From Azolla caroliniana (taxonomy: Eukaryota > Plantae > Polypodiophyta), in assembly GCA_043228905.1 (NCBI GenBank), contig JBHGNT010000021.1, forward strand, positions 10,354,001 to 10,418,000: a DNA stretch of 64,000 nucleotides, written 5' to 3'. Below the pieces are notes generated by a model, which saw nothing but the letters and a program-made list of their open reading frames with translations, ran no database searches and was not told the DNA's origin. Positions 48,251-60,369 of this stretch are shown here, piece by piece (position 1 is the first letter of the stretch; every line of letters begins with the position of its first letter). The position numbers and the translations under genes are program-made.

Positions 48251-49537
48251 TCTTTTGTCTTCTAATGGTTTAGGTTTCCATTCATGGAATTGAGCCTCTG
48301 TTACACCAAGTATTGGTAGCACACGATCAATTTCAATCAACTCAGGTTTTGTCGACACAATTGGTGTCCTTTTCCTCTTCAAACCCTTGGTCGATTATGT
48401 CTTTGAGTCCGACTTCACCTTGTTTTGCTCTTGTGTAGTCATTGGGCCTCGCTTTACAAAGTTTTGCTCTTGTATAGTCGATTGTGTCATCGGTCCTGGC
48501 ATTACCTCTGTGCATGTAGATACTTCTCTGGTCGATATTAGCCCACTAGTATCCCATGTTGCATCGACCTGCAAAATCAGATCATCTGTGCAACATGCTT
48601 GATATACTTGCGTGACCAGATCATTTGTGTTAGTTGCTACATCTACTTTCAAGATGGGGCCCTCTAAACACGGAGCAACATCAACAGTTTCCACATTGCC
48701 ATTGGCCTTAGGAGCAATCGATTCAAACCCTTTACACACTGCACATATTAAGAAAACACCAACATATTCACACTCACAAAACTATAGCTAATAGTCTCAC
48801 TAAACAACATAATGAACATGAAATATTCTCCAACAAAATAATAATATTATCTTAAAATCCATCATAGAGTTCCCTTACATAATGTGGATCACGCAACAAC
48901 CAATCTGAGGTTTTACTTGTCCAAATAGACCATAGGCCATCTTCATAATTTTCTAGGAAAATAGCTAATAGTCATATCCGACAAATCAGTAATTGGTAAT
49001 AATTAGCTCCAATTCAAGAGCCCCTTGATCGAGTAACTGGTCTTGTCCCCGATCGTGGCCCCTTCTTCAGCCTTTTTCTAGTCGGTTTCCCATTTAGCCT
49101 TGCTTCTTTCACCCATTGCGCAAGTGTGTCCTCCTCTGACAACCTTTCCATCGCCTCAGCAGTGGCTTGCACGTTAGCCGCGTCTTCCACTAGCTTTTCA
49201 AGTACATTGGGATCTAGTGGGACATGATTAGCAATTGGGCTTGGTGGGATTGAATCAAGGTTTTGGGATTCGTAGAAATGTTACATCACGTGTTTAAAAA
49301 CACTGTTGTTATGAACCTCAGATTTACATGTTGTTTCCAATATTTCATGGCTTTTTACAATGTTGCCTAATTCAGTCCAATCTTCCAAAAGAATAGGGTG
49401 GAGCTGATCTGAAGGAGATGTGATAGCCGGACTCTTACTTTCATCCACGTTGCCAGCTATCTCCTCATCAGTTGCCACGTCATTGGCACCGGACACCTCA
49501 TGCAACCTCCTTAATCCACAAGATTCTACAACAACAT

Positions 49538-50775
49538 GTTAGCTAATTAGCGGCTTCTCTTGTGTTTTTCTATGACCTTAGGTGAATACTAAACATGATA
49601 GCTAATTAGCTACATGGTAGGTAATTAGTGACCACTCTTGATACTGCTACATCCTAGCTAATTAGCTACTAATTAGCTAAGTAAGCTAACTAGCTATTCT
49701 TCCTAACTATGGCAGTAGCTAATTAGCTACCACTCTTGATACTGCTTAGTTAATTAGTTGCTAGACTATAGATTAGCAGAAGCTAATTAGCTACATTTTA
49801 GCTAATTAGCTATTCTACTTTAGTATGGTAGTAGCTAATTAGCTATTCTTCTTAACTATGGCAATAGCTAATTACCTATCACTCTTGATATTGCTTAACT
49901 AATTAACTACATCTTAGCTAATTAGTTGCTAGACTATAGGTTGGCAGTAGCTAATTAGCTACATCTTAGCTAATTAGCTATTCTACTTTAGTCTGGTAGT
50001 AGCTAATTAGCTCTTCTACTTTAGTATGGTAGTGGCTAATTAGCTACATCTTAGCTAAATAGTTATTCTTCGTAACTATGGTAGTAGCTAATTAGATATC
50101 ACTCTTGATACTGCTTAGCTAAATAGTTAAATAGTTATTCTTCTTAACTATGGCAGTAACTAATTAGCTATCACTCTTTATATTTGTTAGCTAATTAGCT
50201 GCTAGACTATAGGTTGGTAGTAGCTAATTAGCTACATCAAAGCTAATTAGCTATTCTACTTTAGTATGGTAGTGGCTAATTATCTACATCTTAACTAAAT
50301 AGTTATTCTCCTTAACTATGGTAGTAGCTAATTAGTTATCACTCTTGATACTACTTAGCTAAATAGCTACATCTTAGCTAAATAGTTATTCTTCTTAACT
50401 ATGGCAGTAACTAATTAGTTATCACTCTTGATACTGCTTAGCTAAATAGCTACATCTTAGCTAAATAGTTATTCTTCTTAACTATGGCAGTAACTAATTA
50501 GCTATCACTCTTGATATTGCTTAGGTAATTAGATACATCTTAGCTAATTAGCTACTAGACTATAGGTTGGCAGTAGCTAATTAGCTACATCCTAGCTAAT
50601 TAGCTATTCTACTTTAGTTCGGGAATAGCTAATTAGCTACATCTTAGCTAATTAGCTATTCTACTTTAGTATGGTAGTGGCTAATTAGCTACATCTTAGC
50701 TAAATAGCTATTCTTCTTAACTATGGCAATAACTAATTAGCTATCACTCTTGATACTAAGCTAATTAGTTGCTAG
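49538..50775. repeat. Larger TAGCTAATTAGCTA-core satellite with higher-order organisation
   Basis: The core alternates with recurring spacers (CATCTT, TTCTACTTTAGTATGG, TTCTTCTTAACTATGG, TCACTCTTGATACTGC, GACTATAGGTTGG). Confidence 0.95.
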
Positions 50776-50809
50776 ACTGTATGTTGGGAATAGCTTAACC
50801 TATTTCGAT

Positions 50810-50962
50810 TGCAAGTTCGGAAGCCTCCCTATAATTGCTGTAGCCAACACGCTTGTGCCACAGATCGATATTTGACTCGATCTTCTAACCCTTTGCGAAC
50901 AAAATAGTGCCTACGTCGTTGGTGTCGAGGATGAACATTCTCTCGTCCCAGTGCCCTTGCAC
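50810..50962 (-). pseudogene. Copia GAG-pre-integrase fragment
   Basis: The minus strand reads 'RMFILDTNDVGTILFAKG*KIESNIDLWHKRVGY'. Confidence 0.65.
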
Positions 50963-51720
50963 TGTCGTAGTGTATTCCACACACTACGTGAAAACCATAA
51001 AATAATATATCTGATTTTAGATACACATAAATAAATAAATAATATATCAAAATATTTATCACGTGCATAAGGCAAGATTCAAACCCTATACCTCCACGTA
51101 GCCAAACCTCAACTTTACCATTATGCTACCTTATCTTTAGTGTTCTACAAATAGATTTAATAACTATAAGTGCTTTATTTGCGCCTACCTTTTAAATCAT
51201 GCATTTTTAGAGTGCGTGAATATTTTATAGAAAAACGCAAGCAACTAAAAAGTGACTCATGCACATCTAGCGTGCATGAGCACTATATTTAGCAAATAAA
51301 AGCAAGGATTAGAAAAGCATCACATGCACATTTAGTGTGCATGAACATATTAGAAAAAAGCATGTAGTTATGCTTAGTCTCTCCCATCACTATATAAGGA
51401 TGGGGAGCACATTGTAGTTTTTTTGTTGATTTTTTTTTTTTCTATAATGATCAATCAATCTAAAATATTCGTGGGATTCACGAATTTGCTAAAATAATTC
51501 TCTCTTATTACCTAAATATTGACTAAATATACTAAACTCGTGGGATTCACAAGATTCTTATTTTATAACTCTTTATACCTATTCTTTACTAGCCTTATTT
51601 GTATTTTTCTTCCTCCTAGTCCAAAACCTCGGCGGTTCCCACCCGACTCACGCAACGATCCAGGGCCGAAAGGCACGACACAGTTGGTGAACCCAACGTG
51701 AAAGACCGGGTGGCAAGGAG

Positions 51721-53246
51721 ATGGAAAATCAATCGGAGGCTAGCAACATGATGATGATGTTCGAGCGCATGCTACAAGAACAACACGCGATGTCGGAGAT
51801 AGCGGCATCAGTGGAGCGGCTCGTGCAACGAAACGGGCAATTCAACGGGAAAGACGTGTCGTGGTATCTTTGGGACTACAAGGCGGAGATGCTACGGTGC
51901 GGAATATCGGAAGGACTGCAAGTGACGTCCTTCAATCGGGTGGCGACCGACGGGCTTCAAGCAAGCATCCATGGGCTACGACAACAAAATCCGACATGGG
52001 AGGCGTTTGAAGAAGAGCTCAAGACGATGTTCGCCATCGAGGATTCCTCCAAGGCAATGCGAAGGGGATTCGAAGATTGGGTGGAGACGCCAGACAAGGG
52101 ATAGAAGGTCGTTGATGTGTTTTCGGCATTCGAAAGCCGGTTTGGGAGGTTGTCCGCGAGAGATCAAGCTATCCTCGTACCGGACAAGGTGATCATGTTC
52201 TTGTGAGCCGTGGACGTCCGGGACCGGAAAGATCTCGGAGTGCTCTTGGAGGACACAACCACAGAGAGTGGCCTCACCGAAACATGGGAAAGCGTGCGGG
52301 ATATCGTCGTGCGATACACGAAGAGGGGGCAATGGCTTGCCAACGAGGAAAAGAGGGTTTCGGAACCGATTCCGAAACCGAGAACCGGATTGGAAGACCA
52401 TCAACCGAGGGCTCGGGAGACTACAACCGAGAAGGGGATTGATGCATCTAAGGTGGAGCAACTATTGAAGGAGATGGAGAATCTGAAGATCGCGATGGTG
52501 AAGAAGTCGGATGACTGCCCCACAAGCTCCAAGTATACGGACCAACGGTGCATATGGTGCGATAGCGCCGAACACGATCGGAGGGATTGCGACGAGCATA
52601 AGGAGGCGCTACGGCGGGATCTCATCTACTACGAGGGAAACCGAATTCATTCGATGGACTCTCGGAAGCCACTCAGACCAAACTTCCGGAAAGGTGGCAT
52701 GAAGAAGGTGCTCGAGGAGGAATTGGCGGCAAGAAGCAACTATGTGACAACCACGGGAATATGTGTCGGGGAGTCATCGAGAGCAAAGACGTCTTTTTGG
52801 CCGGAAGTTCTAGAAAACACCGAGAAAACCGACTCCAACGAGATGCGAAGCACCGCTGAAGGCGTCCGGGAAGCTACGGGATGGGAGTGCCCTGTCGACA
52901 AGAATAGCATATACGCCCTGTGTCAATTGCATAAGGTGTATGTGGATGAGAAACGACGACGCACAGAGGATGCGGATGGGCCATCGAAGATACCGGAAAG
53001 CTGGAACTCCGGGGGTAAGGGAAAAGAAAAGGCAACTCCGGCATTCAAGCTCGCCTCGGACATAGAACAACAAACCGACTTGAAAAGAGTGTTCGAGGAA
53101 AGGATCTTGGATAGCCGGGTAGATTTCTCGCTTCAGGAGCTACTTGGAATAGCAAAAAAGGAGTTCCACGATCTTCTCGTGGATCTCGTGAAGTGTAAAA
53201 GACAAAGTACGGAGGAAAATGCTCCAAGGGTGAATGCGAACACCGT
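51721..53246 (+). pseudogene. gag: gag N-terminal part (with stops) of the host element
   Basis: ORFs 51721-52104 and 52210 onward; knuckle CIWCDSAEHDRRDC; homologous to 57502-59628. Confidence 0.85.
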
Positions 53247-53940
53247 TGTGGGGTTTGCTACGCCCTTGCGTGCAGAAAGGAGGAGGGACCACGGGGGTCT
53301 TGGACCGAAGAGCAAGAGAGAGAGGAGTAAGAGAGAGAGACCCGATTACACAGAACCGAAGATCGCATAGGGACACGGCCCAACAAACAGAGATCACAAA
53401 TAAACGCCGACGCAGATGGACGCAACAAGAAAAGATATGTACTTATGAATGCAAGAGAATAACAGACTAAAGTATTACAACCCACGGTGGGGCACGAAAT
53501 AGATACTAACGAAAACGAACAGGGCGGCGAACAGATGCCGACCCCTGTATGTCGCGACGCACAGAAAGGGAAAACAGGTCGGAGGTGCTGCAGGACGCGC
53601 TCGGGGCGTTCCACGGAACAGCGCAAGCCTCCTCGAAACCTGCACAGGTACGCGATGGAGCAGAAGACAGAGAAGGCAGGAGTGAGAGAGAAGCTCCGAA
53701 ATCGGTTCGGCAGCACTTCGTCCTCTCCGCGCGAGATCCCCACTTCTAGTCTTCCTCCTCCTTTTATAGCCCGTCAAGAGGCCGTTTGGCATTAACTGCA
53801 TACCAACCGAATCTACCCACCTAGGATCCTCGTATGTACCTACTTCGACCTTAGGTACTTCTTGGCGCGCGTGTGTGTGTAGAGCCGTTTCCCACGCCTT
53901 GTTCCTCCGATTCCTCTTGTGGGCGGTTTTCTTCACGACA
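53247..53940 (-). repeat. 3' LTR
   Basis: Near-identical to 59672-60365. Confidence 0.97.
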
Positions 53941-54013
53941 TCCGCCCCCCACCTAACCGCGCATCCACCGGCATGCGCCAAATTAAGTTGGCACGGAGAA
54001 AACCGGCCCGCCT

Positions 54014-57000
54014 TTACTCTTCGCCTGCCGGCCCTTCCTCGGCCTCGGATCGGCCGTCGCTGCTGTCCAGGAGAATCAGGTCGGGTTCGTCGTCGTGCCG
54101 CTTCTTGAAAGCTTTGATCCTCTTCCCGGCCACGGGTATCGCTATTCTCGTACCGTCGAGTTCCGCCAGATGATACGTCCCGTTGTCGTTGGCGCTTTGT
54201 ACCGTGTACGGCCCGAACCATCTCCGTGCGAACTTCCGCGTTGCTCGGTGCTGGTTGTCGAGGCTGCTGTCGTAGACGAGCACCCAGTCACCTTGTTCGA
54301 TCTTCTTCGGTCGGAGTCGGTGCGTTCGGTCGAACCTGGCTTTGTTCTTTATCCTCGCCACTCGGATCCTTTCTGCAGCCGTCTCCACGTCCTCCGGTCT
54401 CCGTTCGAGTTGTCGTATACGCGCTGCCAACAACTCCTCCCGGCTCATCTCGTCCCTCCAGTCGACCGTTGCCCATGAGGAGATTGTTCGTTCCATCGGC
54501 ATGATCGGCCCCTGGCCGAACATGAGCTCTGTCGGCATGTACCCGGTTACCGAACTGTGCGTAGTCCGGTCGGCCCACAAAGCATAAGGTAGAAGTCGCG
54601 GCCAGTTACCGACTTGGCCTCCGCATGCCCGAACCAGCGCTTTAACGATCGGCCCGTGTCCGCGCTCCACCTTTCCATTCGCCTCCGGGTTGTACGCAGT
54701 GGTGAGCGAGAGTTTGACTCCCAGCCGATCGAACAGCTCCGCGGCTTCCTCGGCGTCCAACTCCCCTCGGTCAGCCACGATCTTCCCGACGCACCCGTAC
54801 CGGCATATCACGTCCTCGATCAGGAACCGACACACGGCCGCGGTCGTCTTGTTCTGAAGGGCTCGGCCTTCCACCTGGTTCGTCAGGTCTTCCCGCGCTA
54901 GGACCAGATACCGCATCTGTCCTACCCCCATCGGCATCGTCACCAGATCTACCATCCATTTGAAATGGATGGCCGGAGGGTACGTAGGGTGAAGCTCGTC
55001 TCGATGTCGGACTATGGAGTGCATCTGGCAGCTCTCGCAAGTTGTCACGAACCGATGCACGTCCTGGTACAATCCCGGCCACCAGTACTTCCCCTTCAGC
55101 TTCTCAAATGTCGCCCACGTTCCACGGTGTCCAGCCCAAGGGCTGTCGTGGTAGGCCGCCAGTAGCTCCTCCTGTTCTTCCTTCATCGCCACCACCCGGA
55201 GCGGGACGCCGTTCCTCTTCTTCGGGTGCTTCCACAAATGCCCATCTCGGAGAAAGAATCGATATGCTTTCTTCCGGATCCGGTTGGCCTCGTCCTTCGT
55301 CCATGACGCATCGGGCGTCATTGTCTTCAAAAACCCGCCGATCTGCAGCCACTCCCCGTCGTACTTGCTCGCGTCGAACTCATTAAGCGCCGGAGTGCTC
55401 ATCCCGTCGGTCGTTATGTATGCCGCCTCGAAGAAATCCACGCCGACTTCTTCGTCTTCCGAAACCATGCCGCCCTCGTCGTCGAACCTCGCCCTCGAAA
55501 GCATGTCGGCCATGGCGTTGTCTTTCCCGGAAATGTGTCGTATTTCCGGGTCCAGGGACTTGATGTACGCTATCCACCTGAGCATCGCCAGGTCCGGAGT
55601 CGCGCATCCGGAAACCATACCGAGAATCGGCAGGCAATCCGTCTCGATGATCACTTCTGTCCCTATCAGGTAGTCTTTGTCGGCCTTAACCGCCGAAACA
55701 ATACCCTAGAGTTCGCGTTTAACCTGGGCGTATCCTTGCTGCCGTTCACTGAGGACTTTCGCGCCGAATCGGATCGGAAACCGATTGCCGTCCTCGTCTT
55801 CCTGGTTCACGACCCATCCGATCCCGGTCGGACTGGTATCCACCGTTATGAATACCGGGGTACCCTTCCCGTATACCGCCTTCCGGAGTGCCGGTGCCGC
55901 TGCAAGGGCCTCTTTCAGCTTCCGGACCGATTCCGCGTGCTCGTCTAGCCATTCGAACCTTCGCCCCTTTTTCAGCAACCCGTACAGTGGCTCCGCGACG
56001 TGTGCGTAATGCGGGATCCATATGTGGTAGAACGCGCATGCCCCCAGGAATCTCCGTACTTCCGTGACCGAGCTGCAGTCGGGCTTCATCGCGGAGATGG
56101 CTTCTACCTTTGCCGGAGACGGTTTCCGGCCATATGGTCCGCACAGGTGTCCGACCACCATGATTTCTGACTGCCCGAAGGCCGACTTCTCCCCGGAGAA
56201 GGTGAGTCTCGCATCCTCTAGCCTTTGCAGCACCTTCTCGCAGTCGTCGATGTGCGCCGCCACGAATCGCCGGCATCCGTCCGGCCCGATCGTCTCGTCC
56301 TTTTCTTCCACCGGGCATCCCTTGATCGGGATGTCGTCCAGAAACGGCATGGTGATGTCCGGGATACAGTCCCTCAGAACCTTGTTCATCGCATTCACCA
56401 TGTGGGCCACCGAGTTGGTCCCTCCTTGCGGCAGTGTACACATCCGAACTAGGCCGAGGGGAGTTCGCATCGTCGTAATGTCTCTGCTCTCCACGGCTAG
56501 CTGGAACTGGTCGTACCCTGAGTATAGATCCCCGACCGAGTAAATTGACCTTCCGGCGAAGGCCTCCGCGAACTCGTCTATGGTCGGTCCGATCCCTGCG
56601 TTCCGAATGGTCACTCGATTGACCGGCTGCAGGTCCTGGATGAAGCGCAACGAACCGTTTTTCTTCGGTACGGTAAACCATCGATTCGAATATGGGGCGC
56701 TCGACGGCTCGAGAATTCCCATATCAACTTTCTGCCTCAGCAGCTCCATCAACTTCGGGATGTGAGCTCTCGGAACCGGGATTGGCTTGAGATTCCATGG
56801 TACATGCGGTACCGTGAATATCACCATCGGCTCCACGATCGTCGGGTCAACGCACCCGATTTCCTCCGGCGAGAATGCGAAGGCTTTCCCGTGCCTTCCG
56901 AGCATTCTCCGAAACCGGTCTTCCTCCGCCGGCAGTAGGAACCCGCCCCCACCGATTTTGAGCTCTCGGAGCGTCTCGTCGGTGAAGGTGTGTCCTATGC

Positions 57001-57510
57001 AGGCCGGATCTCGTAGACTAGGGTCCGATGCAACCCCTTTGATTCTCGACGCGCTGTCCTCCGGTAAGGGTGCCGCGACTGGCCTTACCTTCCGGTCCAC
57101 AGTCTTGTACTTGGTGCTTACGTGGGCCGTCCGAACCGACTCGAGCCCTCGACCGAAGTCCGCGATGACTTCGTACATCTCCTCGGAACACACCGGTATC
57201 GTCCGGTCTTCGTTAAGGCCTTCTTCGACTACCTTTCCCAGCATTCCCAAGGTGTCGTCGAATGAGACCGCCTCCACGGCTCCGTTGATTTCCTCGTCAG
57301 GGCCGAGAACTCCGCACGCTCGAAGTCTCCCCTCCGCCTTTGTCTTCTCTCGGCCGCCGATGCCGGCTATCGTACACGCTCCGCTGCCGGAGAACAAAAA
57401 TTCCCTACCTATGGTACAAGGTTTCTTCGGTTTTATCGTACAGGTGTGGGGTTTTCCCGGGGTGTCCGGACTGTCGCGGCCCCACGCCTTGGCAGCCCTC
57501 TCTAAAAATC
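54014..57510 (-). pseudogene. pol: pol (RT, RNase H, integrase) in the -1 frame from gag, with one in-frame stop at 55706-55708
   Basis: RT 'GDLYSGYDQ...FLDDIPI', RNase H 'TVDTS', integrase 'HDSPWAGH...CESC...MVDL...ADRG...KVERG', GPY motif. ORFs 55706-57397 and 54014-55654 share a frame ('REL*GIVSAVK', where the paralog has W). Confidence 0.92.
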
Positions 57511-59628
57511 CTCTCGGTTATCGGAACCGAGGGAGTCGCGGTTACGCTCGTGGTTCGGCCTAACCGTCAAAAACTGGACCGAATGGCGCCCGTCCTGGCT
57601 CTTGACCCGCGCATAGGCCGAACCATTGTCCAGCACCTTGGTCTCCATTCGCGCCGCCGTGATGTACGGCTCTCCCAGTATGACCGGATGCGAGGACGTC
57701 TCCTGCACGAAGAAGTGCTGGTCAATCTCGACGTCGCCGATCTTGACTCGCACATTCGGACAGGCCCCGTGCAGTTCCTCGGTGGCGCGCGTTGCTGCCC
57801 TTATTTTCCACCCGTGCTTGGTGTTGATCGGCCATTTGCCCTTCTTATAGAAGTCCATGGACATCAAATTGATCTCCGATCCGTGGTCTACCAAAGCTAT
57901 CACCGGTTCCTGGACATCGCCGATCTTCACCGGGGTTTCCGTGGTCGCTCGGGCCCAGTGCGGTCTCGAATAGTGGCTTTCCGCCCACTCGTCTCCCAGC
58001 GCCATGTCGTCTAGGTGCGTCGTCCGTACTTCCACCGGTCTTTCCGGTTCTGTCTCCGTTGACAGCCTCTTCCGTTTCACCAAGTCCACGATGGAGTCGT
58101 GGAACTCCTTCTTGGCGATTCCCAGCACCTCCCGTAGCGACAGCTCCACCTTGCTGTCGAGGATCCGTTCCTCCAGGACCTTTCGTAAGTCCGTGGTTCT
58201 TTCTATCTCCGTCCCCAGACGGTACCCGCCCTTCTGGGGTTTATCTTGCGTACCGGCCCCGCCGGCTTCGTCCCGTCGTGGCCCGGACCGGGTCTCGTAT
58301 CGTTGTGAGGGCCCGGTCGTCCCGGGTTTCCCCACCCGCTTCTCTTCTACCAGAGCCTCGTAGTTCCGGCAAGCGGCTTCCACGAAGCCCGTCTTTTCCT
58401 CGACCGGGTCGCTCCACCCGGTCATCTCCCGTACCCGTTTCTCCGCACGGTCCGATTCCTCCCTCTTCATCCTCGTATCGGCAAGGCCTTCCAGCACCGT
58501 CGGCCAGAATCCGGCTTTGCTTCCTCTTCGGGCCTCGTTGCCCCCGACTCGAATACCGGCCGACGCCGAGTAGTGGACGGTTTCCGCATGTCGGGCCGCG
58601 GCCTCTTCCATCAACCTCTTCATTCCGCCTCGCCCGTCGTTTCGGTTTAGGGCCCTTCTCGTGTCGTTGGCGTGAACCCGGCCTTCCCATAGGTATACCA
58701 CCCGGTTCTTCAGCGCCTCTGCGAAATCGCCGCAGTCTTTTCGGATGTGGCCGACCCCGTCGCACCACATGCACCTGTTCCCCGCCGCCGGCCGTCGGTC
58801 ACGAGCAGGTCCTCCGCCTTCTCTGCGGGCTTGTGCGATTTGGAGGTCTTTTATCGCCCTCGTCAGTTCCTCCAACGCAGCTCCTCCAGTCGTGCCTCTG
58901 ATCACGCCGGTCGGAGCTGAACCGGATTCCAGCCACTCCCGAGTCTCTTCCCTTCGCACCGGCTGCGCCGGCTCGAGTATCCTCGCCGCGACTGAGCCCG
59001 ACCCGGTTGCTCTGTCATCCTCCCATTCTCGCCGTTTGTCGAAACGGCCGCAGGCTCTCTTGACCGCCGCCCAGTCGGCTGTCAGCCCGTCTTCGGTTTC
59101 TAGCAGGGCGCCCACGTGACTCCGATCCCTCTCGTCAACCGATTTGACGAACAGCAGGACCCGGCTTGTATCCAGGACCATCCTGTCAAGCGCCGAAAGG
59201 CGCGCGAAGTTCTCCTCGAACTCCCGGAGGAGTGCCGACGCATTCCTTCCTTTCCCGGGAGACTCCACCCACTCCATGAAGCTTCGCTTCGAAAGCCGGA
59301 GCGCGTCGTCCAGCCCGTATTTTTCCAGGAGCCGACCTTCGAACTCCTCCCAGGTACGGCTCTCCGCCCGCACCTCGAGCACCTCCGCGTGGATGCTCGG
59401 CATCGCCACTCGGGGAAAACCGGCAAGACGCCTGTCTTCCGGAATGTCCCGCATTAACATTTCCGCACCGTAGGACGCCAGGTACTTCGTGGCATCTTTT
59501 CCGGTGAATCGACCGATCGTTCCGACGACCGCCTCAATAGCTCTATCGAGGGCGCCGGTGCCCTCGCGCGCGCTTACTATCCGATCCACGGCCGAAGCCA
59601 TGGCCTCTGCAAGATCCGCCCCCTTCAT
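57502..59628 (-). CDS. gag: gag-protease polyprotein (708 aa)
   Basis: Knuckle CMWCDGVGHIRKDC and protease ALVDHGSEINL; open frame. Confidence 0.92.
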   Translation of the reverse strand: MKGADLAEAMASAVDRIVSAREGTGALDRAIEAVVGTIGRFTGKDATKYLASYGAEMLMRDIPEDRRLAGFPRVAMPSIHAEVLEVRAESRTWEEFEGRLLEKYGLDDALRLSKRSFMEWVESPGKGRNASALLREFEENFARLSALDRMVLDTSRVLLFVKSVDERDRSHVGALLETEDGLTADWAAVKRACGRFDKRREWEDDRATGSGSVAARILEPAQPVRREETREWLESGSAPTGVIRGTTGGAALEELTRAIKDLQIAQARREGGGPARDRRPAAGNRCMWCDGVGHIRKDCGDFAEALKNRVVYLWEGRVHANDTRRALNRNDGRGGMKRLMEEAAARHAETVHYSASAGIRVGGNEARRGSKAGFWPTVLEGLADTRMKREESDRAEKRVREMTGWSDPVEEKTGFVEAACRNYEALVEEKRVGKPGTTGPSQRYETRSGPRRDEAGGAGTQDKPQKGGYRLGTEIERTTDLRKVLEERILDSKVELSLREVLGIAKKEFHDSIVDLVKRKRLSTETEPERPVEVRTTHLDDMALGDEWAESHYSRPHWARATTETPVKIGDVQEPVIALVDHGSEINLMSMDFYKKGKWPINTKHGWKIRAATRATEELHGACPNVRVKIGDVEIDQHFFVQETSSHPVILGEPYITAARMETKVLDNGSAYARVKSQDGRHSVQFLTVRPNHERNRDSLGSDNREDF

Positions 59629-59671
59629 TTCCTACTCTTCTGCCGCCTCTTTCACGTCGGGTTCACCAAGA

Positions 59672-60365
59672 TGTGGGGTTTGCTACGCCCTTGCGTGCAG
59701 AAAGGAGGAGGGACCACGGGGGTCTTGGACCGAAGAGCAAGAGAGAGAGGAGTAAGAGAGAGAGACCCGATTACACAGAACCGAAGATCGCATAGGGACA
59801 CGGCCCAACAAACAGAGATCACAAATAAACGCCGACGCAGATGGACGCAACAAGAAAAGATATGTACTTATGAATGCAAGAGAATAACAGACTAAAGTAT
59901 TACAACCCACGGTGGGGCACGAAATAGATACTAACGAAAACGAACAGGGCGGCGAACAGATGCCGACCCCTGTATGTCGCGACGCACAGAAAGGGAAAAC
60001 AGGTCGGAGGTGCTGCAGGACGCGCTCGGGGCGTTCCACGGAACAGTGCAAGCCTCCTCGAAACCTGCACAGGTACGCGATGGAGCAGAAGACAGAGAAG
60101 GCAGGAGTGAGAGAGAAGCTCCGAAATCGGTTCGGCAGCACTTCGTCCTCTCCGCGCGAGATCCCCACTTCTAGTCTTCCTCCTCCTTTTATAGCCCGTC
60201 AAGAGGCCGTTTGGCATTAACTGCATACCAACCGAATCTACCCACCTAGGATCCTCGTATGTACCTACTTCGACCTTAGGTACTTCTTGGCGCGCGTGTG
60301 TGTGTAGAGCCGTTTCCCACGCCTTGTTCCTCCGATTCCTCTTGTGGGCGGTTTTCTTCACGACA
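59672..60365 (-). repeat. 5' LTR
   Basis: Near-identical to 53247-53940, adjacent to the PBS. Confidence 0.97.
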
Positions 60366-60369
60366 CCGT

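Larger units (their letters stand above)
53247..60365 (-). mobile_element. Very young, full-length tRNA-Trp-primed gypsy element nested in a relative
   Basis: 694-bp LTRs at 53247-53940 and 59672-60365 (one difference seen). 4-bp TSD CCGT at 53243-53246 and 60366-60369. PBS TGGTGAACCCGACGTGA at 59652-59668, complementary to the plant tRNA-Trp 3' end. PPT GGTGGGGGGCGGA at 53941-53953. Confidence 0.97.

Noticed and set aside
49538-50775. CRISPR-like appearance of palindromic repeats with spacers (also 46190-46680)
   Set aside because: Spacers are short and recur many times, repeats are degenerate, there are no cas genes, and the context is eukaryotic. This is a satellite.
53258-60361. Many overlapping and antisense ORFs of 100-311 aa
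   Set aside because: Expected shadows of a GC-rich gag/pol and LTR sequence; no recognisable motifs.
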